From positions 53,940,001 to 54,004,000 of the forward strand of contig NC_043003.1 of assembly GCF_006345805.1 (NCBI RefSeq): a stretch of 64,000 bases of DNA, given 5' to 3'. Under the pieces are notes generated by a model. The model searched no databases. It was not told the DNA's origin and saw nothing but the letters and a program-made list of their open reading frames with translations. Below, in pieces: positions 40,557-53,289 of this stretch (within the stretch, counting starts at the first letter, position 1; each line of letters begins with the position of its first letter). Origin of the DNA: Octopus sinensis. Taxonomy: Eukaryota. Both the position numbers and the translations under genes were made by a program.

Positions 40557-40865
40557 GGAGCATAGCTCAATGGTTAGAGCGTCGGGCTCATGATAATGAG
40601 GCAGTGAGTATAATTTTCGGGCCGAGCTGCGTGTTGCTCCAGTTCACGCAGCTGTAGAAATGAGTTTCAACGTCACTGGTGCCAAGCTGTATCGGCCTTT
40701 GCCGTTCCCTTGGATAACAGCAGTAGCATAGAGAAGGAACACTGCTATGTATAAGCGACTGCTGGTCTTCCATAAACAACATTGCCTGGACTTGTGCCTC
40801 GGAGGGTAACTTTCTAGGTACAATCCCATTGTCATTCATGACCGAGTGGGGTTTTACCCCCTTTG
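40557..40865 (+). mobile_element. tRNA-headed SINE (fourth family)
   Basis: GGAGCATAGCTCAATGGTTAGAGCGTCGGGCTCATG A-box head followed by a SINE-like body. Confidence 0.6.
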
Positions 40866-40995
40866 TTTATAAATGTCTAACTTGTGGAAGCGATTTCAAT
40901 TTCTACGTCAGTCAAGCTATATATATTTTGCCTCATGCATAATAGACTAAACGTATCTCAAGTAGTATAATGATAATAATAAGGATCGCAAGACC

Positions 40996-41210
40996 GTGAG
41001 CTAGCAGAATCGTTAGCACACAGAGCAAAACACTTAACAACATTTCGTCCGTCCATACGTTCCGAGTTCAAATTCCGCTGGGGTCGACTTTGCCTTTCAT
41101 CCTTTGGAGGTCGATTAAATAAGTACCAGTTGAGCACTTGGGTTGATGCAATCGATTTAGTCCCTCTCTCGAAATTGCTGGCCTTCTGCCAAAATGTGAA
41201 ACCAATAATA
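40996..41210 (+). mobile_element. SINE family A
   Basis: GAGCTAGCAGAATCGTTAGCAC..GTTCAAATTCCGCTGGGGTCGACTTTGCCTTTCATCC. Confidence 0.85.
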
Positions 41211-41480
41211 AGGACAGTATTCTTAGTATGGACAAAAGAAGGAGAAGAAACTATCGATGTGGATGTAATAGAGGATTGGGATTTCAATTCAGTAAGCATT
41301 ATAGACTATGGCAGACGCTTGGTAAGGGGTGGAAGGTACAGCAACCGAACGATTGTGATATCCTGAACCAAGATAAGAGTACTGTGTGTATAATAATGAA
41401 AATTCCTCATCTTAGCAATTCGGGAAAAAACGACGCTAAATACATAACTTGAGACATACACAATCACATAAACAAATGCA

Positions 41481-41552
<72 letters not shown>

Positions 41553-42014
41553 GTGTGTGTGTGTATGTATATATATATATATATGTAAAACTAAATTTTT
41601 TCCCGAATTTATGTAAATGTGCATAGAATGATATATCAGTTGAATAAAGTTAAAACATGGTCTGGTTTTCACTTTTTACTTGTGGCATTTAAAAAAAATA
41701 TATAATTTTTTTACAATGTTGAAATGCGTTAAACATTAAAAAAATATTTTGTAATGTTTGACATCGACGTCATCATCGTTATCATCATCATCATCTCTAG
41801 CACCACCAGCGCCACCACCACCACAATCACCACCGGCATCACCACCATATATATAAATATATATATATGTAAAATTATAGTTTAGGATATGTAAGAGATA
41901 CCACCACGCTGGAGATAGCAGCCAAAATTTGACTCTAAAACCGCATTAAATGTTCATACAGCACTCGGAAAGAAGACAAAAAGACAAAATAAACTAGCAA
42001 AAAATTACTGGATA

Positions 42015-42072
42015 ATTCCAGACCCCGGATTTCTGATTCTGCATAAGAAATGCTTTGCCTCATCAGTGGAAT
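42015..42072 (-). ncRNA. Hammerhead motif in a short element (41895-42080)
   Basis: Minus strand: AUUCCA-CUGAUGA-GGCAAAGCAUUUCUUAUGCAGAAUCA-GAAA-UCCGGGG-UC^UGGAAU. 6-bp stem I; stem II is degenerate. Confidence 0.65.
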
Positions 42073-42263
42073 ATACACAGATAGTAACATAAATACACAC
42101 ACATGCACATATATATACATACAACCTACGAATACTTACATATACGAACGTTTACATACACGTATGCACACGACCAGTTTATATTTATGCACATAAATAT
42201 ATATATGTATATATATATAAATATATAATATATATATATATATAATACATACATACATACTAC

Positions 42264-42337
<74 letters not shown>

Positions 42338-42517
42338 AAAGGGCTTAGTAAAATAAATTACTTTGCCGCATACTGAACTCATTAGAAATAGTAGCTAAAA
42401 AACTTTTTTAAAACTATTTCTAATACTTAAAGAAAACTCTCTCTCATATAGTGTTTGCTCAATTCAACTCACGAAAGTATGGGGGTAAAGACATTAAAAA
42501 ATCAAATGCAAAGGTTA

Positions 42518-42573
42518 TTTGAGAACGTACGTTTCAAGATTAGTCAACTCGACATTTCTATCATCAGCTCAGA
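42518..42573 (-). ncRNA. Hammerhead ribozyme in the 559-bp unit
   Basis: Minus strand: UGAG-CUGAUGA-U-AGAAAUGUC GAGUU GACUAAUCU-U-GAAAC-GUAC-GUU^CUCA. Confidence 0.8.
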
Positions 42574-43141
42574 ACTCCTTGGTTTGGATTTGAAAACACT
42601 GAAAGTGGGAGCATACCCTTTCGACTTCTTATCGCTTCTGAAGATCTGCTCGAAACTAACAGTGCCAGCAAACTCAAATATGCAAGCGAAGAATTTCTTC
42701 TGCTCCCCCTTTCCACCAGCGTGGGTTAAAATCAGTAAACACTATGCTTTTTCGGTAAAATCCGAGGCATTAAATAGAGAGAGATGATTATAATTTCAAC
42801 AATTGAGGGTAAAAGTAATTAATTATTAATCAATTTCACCAAGTATTCAGTATGCAAAGGACCATTTAAGGCGAATTCAAATTAATACATTATATAAAAG
42901 GGCTTAGTAAAATAATTACTTTGCCGCATACTGAACTCATTAGAAATAGTAGCTAAAAAAAACTTTTTTAAAACTATTTCTAATACTTAAAGACCACGCT
43001 GGTGGAAAGGGGAGAGCAGAAATTCTTCGCTTGCATATTTGAGTTTGCTGGCACTGTTAGTTTCGAGCAGATCTTCAGAAGCGATAAGAAGCCGAAAGGG
43101 TATGCTCCCACCTTCAGTGTTTTCAAATCCAACCAAGGAGT

Positions 43142-43196
43142 TCTGAGCTGATGATAGAAATGTCGAGTGACTAATCTTGAAACGTACGTTCTCAAA
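43142..43196 (+). ncRNA. Hammerhead ribozyme in the inverted copy
   Basis: TGAG CTGATGA TAGAAATGTCGAGTGACTAATCTT GAAAC GTAC GTT CTCA. Confidence 0.8.
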
Positions 43197-43577
43197 TAAC
43201 CTTTGCATTTGATTTTTTAATGTCTTTACCCCCATACTTTCGTGAGTTGAATTGAGCAAACACTATATGAGAGAGGTTTTCTTTAAGTATTAGAAATAGT
43301 TTTAAAAAAGTTTTTTTAGCTACTATTTCTAATGAGTTCAGTATGCGGCAAAGTAATTTATTTTACTAAGCCCTTTTATATAATGTAATAATTTGAATTC
43401 GCCTTAAATGGTCCCTTTGCATACTGAATACTTGGTGAAATTGATTAATAATTAATTAATTTTACCCTCAATTGTTGAAATTATATATATATATATATAT
43501 ACATACACACATGCAGGCAAATACGTTTGTTATAGTATAATTACGTATGTGTGCAAATTATGAGAGAAGTTCTTGGA

Positions 43578-44725
43578 CGCAAAAGAGATACCTATAGAAC
43601 AACTTGTCGCAACAAGAAAAAGATGAAGCAATCAACAGAACAAAATACCATTTCTAGTAACACAATCCGCATCACCAAAACATTTTTAACATCATCAAAA
43701 CAAATTTGCCAATCATGAAACAAAAGGAAAAATTAAAAGAAAACACAATAACTAATCAAACACTTATCTTAAGCACATAACCTAAAGAAACTATTAACAA
43801 AAGCAAAATTCAACAGGAACAAACAGGATAAAAAATTTACAGTATCCAAGTGTAATGATAATAGATGTAGAGCGTGTCAATACATGCATACTGGTAAGTT
43901 CTTAAGAACATAAAATAGACAGATTTTCGCAAATGCAGATATGAACTGCAAAAACAGAAATTTTATCAACTGCAATAAATACCCGAATTTAGAGGAACTA
44001 TACATTGGCGAGACAGGGAATGCATTATCGGAACGCTCACGAGTCCACAGACAACAAATCCGGAATACTAATCTTCGCCAAATTCCACTGAGCGAACATG
44101 TGGCCAGAAAAGGTTTCTAATTTTTCCTTTCCACAAACTACATGACACAAATGAGGTGGGAAGAAAGATAAAAGTAAAACGGTTTATTAAAATGTTCAAA
44201 CCTGTCCTGAATGGAAATAGCAACAATAATATTGTTAAGGATATGGATTAAAAATATCTTTAACATAGGAATATAAAAAAATTACAGAAGGCTCCCACCA
44301 ACTGATATAAAACGATCGAAACCAATGAATCTTGCTCACTCGTAAAACCATTGCATGGAAACCGCAAGCTAATTGGTTAAAATAAAGACGGGATCTATGC
44401 CAGTAATATCGGTGTACCCGGTAGACCGCGACGTTTAAGTTTCATGCGGATTTGTTAAAGCCATATTCCAAAAATTCGGCTTGTTAGAGGTACAACAAGG
44501 AAGAAGTTAGTCATTTTACAACAATTATCAAGAACTCAACTGCCAGTTAAATACATTTTGAAATCTGATGATTACTACGAACGTATGAAAGCGCTAATTG
44601 AACTTTATGAACATTACAAAATATTTTTTTGAATTTTTGACACACTTCAACATTGTAAAAAAAAAATAATATCCTTTTAAAATACCATAATAAAAAACGT
44701 GAAAAACAGACCATGTTTTAACTTT
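43578..44725 (+). mobile_element. Penelope-like element 3' part (Zn-finger linker, GIY-YIG, pLTR), decayed
   Basis: NLKKLLTKAKF..KCNDNRCRACQYM..MNCKNRNFINC..LYIGETGNALSERSRVHRQQIR..IPLSEH..FIKMFKPVLN. The CX4CX2C linker is as in Neptune-type PLEs. Confidence 0.9.
44562..44599 (+). ncRNA. Minimal hammerhead in the PLE pLTR
   Basis: AAU-CUGAUGA-U-UAC UACGAAC GUA-U-GAAA-GCGC-UA^AUU, with palindrome AGCGCU. Confidence 0.75.
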
Positions 44726-44799
44726 AAATATATATATAATTGACAGAATGAGATGACAAAGCCAAGACTGGGAGGAGTTTTCAGGACATTAAGGAAATA

Positions 44800-44847
44800 G
44801 TCTTACAGCTGTTTCTGGAATATTATGGATATCCCTTCATCAGAGAC
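44800..44847 (-). ncRNA. Hammerhead ribozyme in a short non-coding element (44735-45090)
   Basis: Minus strand: GUCU-CUGAUGA-A-GGGAUA UCCAUAA UAUUCC-A-GAAAC-AGCU-GUA^AGAC. Confidence 0.82.
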
Positions 44848-45222
44848 GGTGTGAGAAGATTAAATAGAGGAAGTATTTGAGTTCGAATTATTATGGAAAA
44901 GGATGAGGTAGGGAATATAGAGGGAAATAAGAGAATGAAAGTAGAAATAAGATATATAACGATATTGTAGTTGCAGTTTCATTAACCGAGGACAATGGTG
45001 GATACAAGTGGTAAAAGGTTTCCTGTAAATGGTATGTAAGTTCCAATAGCAGCTGATGTTTAGTCTTTTCATAGTATTAAATATCATTATGATATATATT
45101 ATATAGAGTTATAGTACAGTTTTTATACTATGAGTCTTCCATAGTAGCTTTCTCTAAATAACTCGCAAAGCCTTTCGGGTTTGGTTATAAAAATATTATT
45201 TAAGTAGTTTTATATATATATA

Positions 45223-45434
45223 TAACAAATGATAAATGGAATATACGAGAAAATTCATTGCTCACAATGGTCATTTCGACGCACGGATGGGATACTGTAC
45301 AACTAGTTGCAGTGCGTTCACCGAGGGTTGTACAGTATCTCATCGGCGTTGAATCGATGCAAGATGGGTCGAAACGATCGTTGTGAGCAATAAAGTTTCT
45401 CGTATATTCCATTTTCAGTCTCTATCATTTGCTA
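45223..45434. repeat. Imperfect fold-back element carrying the 3' half of an HHR
   Basis: AAATGGAATATACGAGAAA..TTGCTCACAA is mirrored by TTGTGAGCAA..TTTCTCGTATATTCCATTT. The right arm has CGAAACGATCGTT. Confidence 0.7.
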
Positions 45435-46835
45435 TGTACTCCACGAACACTGAAGATCTAGCAATAATTATGCAAATACCGTGGATGACGTCAGGTAACT
45501 ATAGGCAGTGAACGTGATTCACCAGCTAACTACTTGGCACATATCCAATGTTTAAATAATTAAATATATTTATATCTATATCTATATATATATATATATG
45601 CGTGTGTGTGTTTGTGCGTTTGTATGTGTGCATGTATGTCTGTGTATATATATATGTGTGTGTGCATGCGTATGTAGTAAAATGTTAGAATTCCACGAAA
45701 ATCACATCAAAGATGAAAGAAGTTCAAAATGAATTAATATCATATATATTTAGCTATTTTCAAAGAGTACGATGCATAAAAAAAAAATATATATAATCAA
45801 AACTCTTTTCCTACCAGTTTCAACGCTAATTAGGTATCTTGAAGGTTACTAAATGTTTTTTCTATCTGTTTCAAAGTACAATGTCATTAAATGCTTTTAC
45901 TCAATTTCAAATACAACATAAACGGCAATAACACACGAATAGTCACTGATCTTCCTCATATCGTGAATGGAGACATTGCTGAGAATGCAAATATCTTAAT
46001 AATGTCAGGCGTAATAAAGTTATTTCAAGGGACATTATTAAGTCAGCTAAACAGCCTAATAATGTTATGTCAATTAAAATACAATGCATGTGATTTTGGC
46101 TGGTATTTTGTTTAGAAATTGCTCTGCTTTGCTTATTCGTTGCAGTTTCTTTGTTGAATCACTTCACTGACAATAAAATTCAGCAAGAGTGGTCACTCTT
46201 CAACAGAGTGTCAGGTCAGTTTAACCAATATAATATTCTCAGCAACCTTTGCAGGTTAAAATATATATTAAAGTTTCGGAAGAACACAAACTAGAAATAA
46301 TGTGAAGTTATTTCTAGTTTTGAAAACTAGGCCTTTTTAAAAATTCAGTATCTAATAAATAGCCCCATACTTCACAATTGAGGCGGCTATATTTACTAAC
46401 TTTTGTATTCACTTTTGCATTCGTCACTGCCTATTTTTAAAGATTTTTCCTGTCTTTCACGTTCAATGATACAATCTTTTTCTATGAGCTTTATCATCAT
46501 TTGGGTTCGAAATATATAACTAGATTTTCACGAATGTTAGCAAAAACTTCGCCGAATTTTGGATTAAGAGTTGTACATAACATTTCTTTCATGTTTGTAT
46601 ATTGAAGTTACTAATTGTGAATTTGTTTCCCACTTTAAATTCCATCATTGATTAAACTCAGAGAATACATTATTCTAGTAAGTTCTTTCTTCATACCCTG
46701 TTACATGATATTTTATTGAAGGTTTCAAGACTTGTATACATTCATTTCACTAAGCTTTATGCCAACACTGGGATCCATGTTTGAGTCTCTACTTCTGAAC
46801 TTGGTGAAAAAATGAATACTAGTATGGTTTCTCTT

Positions 46836-47058
46836 CCTTACTCTTTTACTATTTTACTTGTTTCAGTTATTTGGCTGCGGCCATGCTGGAGCACCGCCTT
46901 TAGTCGAGCAAATCGTCCCCAGGACTTATTCTTTGTAAGACTAGTACTTATTCTATCGGTCTCTTTTGCCGAACCGCTAAATTACGGGGACATAAACACA
47001 CCACCATCGATTGTCAAAAGATGTTGGGTGGAGGGTGGGGGACAAACACAGACACAAG
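46836..47058 (-). mobile_element. SINE family B, 3' half
   Basis: CTGCGGCCATGCTGGAGCACCGCCTTTAGTCGAGCAAATCG. Confidence 0.85.
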
Positions 47059-47917
47059 AAATTAGAATTACATTCATTAAATGTACTAATCTAATCTAAG
47101 GTAATGCTTCCTATTCACATCATGCCATTCGGGAAATGTTCGAGTTACCATTCCAAATAAATCAGCGAAACGAATTTGCACAATAGACTTGAATCAGTCA
47201 AAAAGATATTATAGAGTGATGGATGGAGTTGAGGTCTTTAGTTGCAGTGAAGGTAGCTTGTAAATCAGAGGATCACTTTGAATAAAGTTGTTGTAGCACA
47301 AGTATATACACTTTGATCAACAGCCATTTGTAATACCCAATGGTTTTAGTTTTTGCTTCCTTTTAGTCAACTTTAAATATAGCCAAATAAGGCATGTATG
47401 AATCTTAATTTCTAATTATAACGGATAACCGAGGAAATAGTCTTTCATCGTCATAGCTTTACTAGCCACTGCTGCTAAATGTGCTTCCACATTTACGGGT
47501 TTTGCAAATATGCTGAAATTATATTTGCGAAAATAGCGCCATTGTAGGCCTGGCTTAAATGTATTAATGTTGGACGAGCGATTCTAATCTCACTACATTC
47601 GCTGATGTGGATGTAGCCGGGTCGCAGGGCTCCACGCGTATGACCTTGTTGTTTGCATTATAGAGTTAGCAGTGCAATGTGTCAGAACTACGTCGTGGTT
47701 TGTACAGCGTAACGCGTGTCCACTGCTAGTGCCTCTCCAGTCTATAGGTCCCGCAAGATGTATTTATTACTTAATATTCAAACAATCAGTCAATCTACAC
47801 ACATCCTCAGAGTGCGTTCATTACCGAGGGGCGCAGGTAACTGACAGCATGAATTTTAAGTAGCTGTCCATGCTATATCTATGTATGCATACAACAGTTT
47901 GTGTGTGTATATATATA

Positions 47918-48332
<415 letters not shown>

Positions 48333-49775
48333 TATATATACATACATACATACATACATACTACATACATACATACATACATACATACACACATACATAC
48401 ATACATACATATAAAAGGTCTGTAAAATGTTGTATACATAAACACACAAACGCACGCATACACGCACACTCACTCACTCTCTCTCTCACACACACACAAA
48501 ACAAAACAACATTTTATTCATTCTCCTGTGTGATCTACGTATATATTAAAAAGCAAGAAGACATGTATGTTTATGTTTTGATATATAAAATGAAAGATGA
48601 TATTTCATAAAATGACGAAAAGGGATGTATCGATATATTCTTATGTATTGAGTTAATTCATTTTCCCTGTAAACTGTCAGACAGACACTTTGAAACTTTT
48701 TTTCTAGCAATGCAACATTGTATGAAATTACTTCGCATAAAATAGCAACCAAACTTTGATGTTTTGATATGAGCATTAGGTGGAGTGAAATTATATTTAA
48801 TTATTTGTGCGTAAAAAGTAAATCCTAAATGATTTTTATACTAGTAAGCATTAATTAGTAATAAATAGATATTTAATAACACTATAGATTCTATGTTAAT
48901 AGTATAAACACGGTTATGGGAGATATCAAGCATGAGAAACATGTACGTGTACGTGTGCATACATACATATGTATATATACTAACACACACACACACACCA
49001 CACACACACACACAAACACACGCACACACACACACATACACATGCACACACAACTTTTTCTATCATATAATTATACATATATAAAATAATTTTAATATAA
49101 CAGTTGTACTTAGATGAAATCATAAACAGCATTTCTATAATTAAATTTAATCACTTTACCACAGCCTACAAACAAAAGTTAGCTATCATTTTTCATTAAT
49201 ATGCTGTTTTTGATGTAGATTAATATTATAAAATTGATAATCATTCATCAAAAATTTTTGAATTTATTTCGATTTTCGAATATAGTTTCAATTTTACTGT
49301 TGTTGGTTATATCATGTAACTAGCTATTTTTTTCCCCTTATATAAATCAATACTCAACGAAAAATGCTCATCACTATGGCGACGGTTTTTGTTGCACAAA
49401 TGTGCTGTTTTTCCTCACTGTATTTATATAACTATGGTGTAATATTTAATTATGTTTACATGCATTTGAAACAAAACTGGAGAGTACACAAACGTGTTTA
49501 GTATCGTAGGATCCGAGGCTCTCCTCCTCTTCGAAGTAGTACCCCAGCATGGGCGCAGTCTTATGACTGAAACAAGTAAAAGATAAAAGAGTATATACAT
49601 ACCTACGCATTCCGGTTTAGTACTCAATACCATTGTAGACATTAATAATATCTCAATTTTAGCAGAGTCGTCTCTTACAAGTCATAACTGATAACCTAGT
49701 GAACACGTAGGTGAAACTCTGTTGTTACATGATGCTAACTCGCTCACCAAAGCCGTTTATATATATATATGTATG

Positions 49776-49809
<34 letters not shown>

Positions 49810-49884
49810 ATATAATATATATATATGTATATATATGTATATATATATATATATTATATATATATATATATGTATATATATATG

Positions 49885-49944
<60 letters not shown>

Positions 49945-50395
49945 CAAGAGAGAGGGAGAAAGAGAAAGAGAGAGAGAAAAAGAGGTGGGATACTGAAGCA
50001 GAGCTGAAAAAGCAGGGGTTCCAACAGAAGAGATACAAGGAAAGACACCCCAGAATCAAGAAAATTAGAGAAAAGTCGTTGATGGCCTATGCTTTATGGG
50101 GTGGGGTGGGGTGGGGGCGAAGTGCTTCAATAATTATGTGAAGTAATATATAAATGGTTTGCTGGAACAAAATTTCTGACAGGGTTAAACAATAATCACA
50201 GCAATAAGGACAATAACAATTTCACTGCAGCAGTTTAATTTTGTCCAGCTTTAATATTTTATCTGTCTTTATCACTAATATATTAAGTTGGTTACAAATT
50301 ATTTATTAATGAAAGCGGATTAGTGATTGAAGCTGCCATTTAAAACGTGTAAATAATCTCTTGTATTAGTAGACATCCTGTTACTAACATTGTGT

Positions 50396-51390
50396 ATATA
50401 AACGGATGTGAAATGTTAAATCGGTAGATTGTAGTCTATTACTAGCAGTATCGCCCGGCGTTGCTCGGGTTTGTAAGGGAAATAACTATAAAGCATTTTT
50501 AGAGAGTTATAGCCAAAAAATAGCAAAAAAATGGAAAAAATATTATGGTAAATTTTTTTTTGAGAGTTAAAACGGTCGAGTTGCGTCCCCTAGACAGTCT
50601 GTGGTTTGTGTTTCTGATTCTCGACCCCATGTCGAATTTATCAATTTTTTTTAGAACTGGGGGAACTTTTCAAAATTTTCTCTGCGTTAGTTTTGAATTA
50701 TGACATTGGGCTATGTGTGTGTCAAGTTTCATCAGAATCGGTTGAAAGCCGTGGTCAGGGTGAGGGTACAACCTAACAGACACACAGAAACACACACAGA
50801 CAAACTGCCGTTTATATAGAGAGAGATGTCTTGGGGTAACTGGTCACTAATAAACTACACCGAGGAAATCTGAGATCGGTAACTGGTTGGAATTGCGACC
50901 GTATTGCCAAGAATAGACTTAAGACTTAATACTGACTGCATTGCTCACATTATATTTCAAACCAATTTTCGTTTACTAAAACTGTGGGTACATAAAGCAA
51001 TTACTGACCACTTATGTTTTCTGTGCTTGTGAGTAAGTCAACAATATTTGCTCGAGTGTAATGACCCGCTGTACTTTACATTTAAATATAAACGGATGTG
51101 AAATGTTAAATCGGTAGATTGTAGTCTATTATGTCTTGGGGTAACTGGTCACTAATAAACTACACCGAGGAAATCTGAGATCGGTAACTGGTTGGAATTG
51201 CGACCGTATTGCCAAGAATAGACTTAAGACTTAATACTGACTGCATTGCTCACATTATATTTCAAACCAATTTTCGTTTACTAAAACTGTGGGTACATAA
51301 AGCAATTACTGACCACTTATGTTTTCTGTGCTTGTGAGTATGTCAACAATATTTGCTCGAGTGTAATGACCCGCTGTACTTTACATTTAA
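50396..51390 (+). repeat. 305-bp tandem duplication (copy 1 at 50396-51085 interrupted by a Helitron; copy 2 at 51086-51390)
   Basis: The copies are nearly identical apart from the 385-bp insert. Confidence 0.95.
50442..50826 (-). mobile_element. Non-autonomous Helitron, 385 bp
   Basis: The minus strand starts TC and ends CTAG, preceded by hairpin CCCG AGCAACGC CGGG. It is inserted between A and T with no TSD; the empty site TCTATTA|TGTCTTGG is at 51125-51139. Confidence 0.93.
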
Positions 51391-52639
51391 CATTGGAATG
51401 CTCGTAGCTAATAGAGTCCAATCCATCTAGTAAAAATTGTTGAAGACAAAAACTTCTACGCTACGTTAAGTAATGTAAATTATGATAATGTTACGTTGGC
51501 TTCCTTAACTGAGACATAGCAAACCTACGATGAAATCGACGTTACACTGCTGCAGCAGAGATGGCCAAATCATGGTGTATGAACCAATAAAAGCAGTGCA
51601 CTGGATAACAAGAAATGATGCATTGCACAGTCGTCCAGACTTGTTCAATGGACATTCGATAACTATTTGACCCTGAAGCGCCAGTTCACCCTAGATGTTT
51701 GTTGCTTAGTTTACAGTTAATACTTTTACATTACAGAGTTGCGCATTGTTCGTTCTTTGTGAACATTTTCAGATTTGTACATTTACAAAAATAAGTCTTT
51801 TTTTTCTATACCCGTTACAATGCAAAATGAAATAAAAGAAAAAAAAAACAGGTTGTGCGAGTAAATGAGAATTTAAGAACATAAGAATAAAGAACTTTAT
51901 TCGCAGTGAGATCTTCAGGAAAACTGTTGTATATTATTTGTGAAATAGCGAAAATATTTTCTTACATAATAAAAGACATGATGTTAATAGACAATACAAA
52001 ACACAATATAAGCTTAAAATAGAAAGAAAACAGAAGATAGCTACGGAAAGCAAGCAATTGAGAAAAAAAATAGAGAAGAAATGAAAAGAAGACAAAAGAT
52101 ATTTGTTGAAAGAAGTTGAAAGAAGACAAAACATATTTGTTGAAAGAACTTGTGTAAGTTTGATGATAAAAAAAGCGTTGGCAAAAAACCCTCCCCAAAA
52201 CGGAAGTCCTTCCCCGAAGAAGTAATTGTTAGGTCTCGTCTCCCAATACTTGCAAGATGTCTTGATGATGAAAATAGCGAAAGAAAGGTAAAATGTAATT
52301 GGTTTGTCCAGGCAAATAGTTACGATACTAGTCTAAAAACTTAATCATAATGTATCGTGATGTAAGTTTCTAGAAGAGAAAACAATGTGTTAACCAGAGA
52401 AGGATCCCTTTATGTTACTTGATTTAGCATTTTTACTTGTAAAAAGCCATCTCAATGGGTTAATTACTAAAATGATATCAATGTATTCAATATGAAATTA
52501 TAATTATTCGACTCTTAATCAGAAAATGAGTATTCTAATTAGTTTCTGCACTTAAAAACGCATCGCAAATGTGCTGACTATCAATATTAATACGCTAACT
52601 TTTTGCTTTTGTACGTACCCGTTGTGAGCGTCACACTTC

Positions 52640-53040
52640 TTTGAGGTGGCAAAGCGAGAGAGAGGAGGAGAGAGAGGAAGTAAGAGAGAAAGAGAGATGG
52701 AGTGAGAGAGTGTGAGAGAGAAAGTGAGAGAGTGAGAGAGAGAGAGAGAGAGAGTGGAAGAGATCAGTGGTGACGGCGTTCATTTTGTGCTTTTAAATGA
52801 TTCAGAGGAAGTAAAAGAGACAGAAAGAGAGTAATAGAGTAAGTGAGAGAGTGAGAGAGAATGAGAGAAAGAATGAAAGAAACAGTGAGTAGTGACGGCG
52901 TTCGTTTTGTGTTTATAAATGTTTCATAGAGGACGTATGAGAGAAAGAGAGTGAGAAAAAGTGAAAGAGAAAGAGAGAGAGAGAATGAAAGAGACAGTGA
53001 GTGGTGACGGCGTTCGTTTTGTGTTTTTAAATGTTTATCA
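52640..53040 (+). repeat. (GA)-rich tract with three AGTGGTGACGGCGTTCRTTTTGTG.TTWTAAATG anchors
   Basis: Anchors at ~52766, 52888 and 52999. Confidence 0.8.
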
Positions 53041-53289
53041 CATCGCAAGAGAAGTAGATACATAGATACATATATACATTGTTTAATCAAAAGCAGGAGA
53101 GAATAGGGACACAAAGGAAATGAAAGAGAAAGAGAGAAAATGAGAGAGATAATACATATATAGATACATAGACACAGCAAATATTGGGTGTTAGTTTCAC
53201 TTTTCATTACCACACGAGAATGAAATTAAACTAAATATCTAACTAAATGTCTATGTATCAATATATGTATTATATATATATATATAAAA

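Larger units (their letters stand above)
42331..43485. mobile_element. 559-bp HHR unit: 1.2 direct copies plus an inverted, circularly permuted copy, in (TA)n
   Basis: TTATATAAAAGGGCTTAG at 42331 and 42890. 42994-43485 is the reverse complement of 42724->42331 continuing into 42889->42789. Confidence 0.92.

Noticed and set aside
49684-49726. Hammerhead-like CTGATAA-CCTA..TAGG-TGAAAC
   Set aside because: The core lacks the essential G and stem I/III do not pair convincingly. At most a dead relic.
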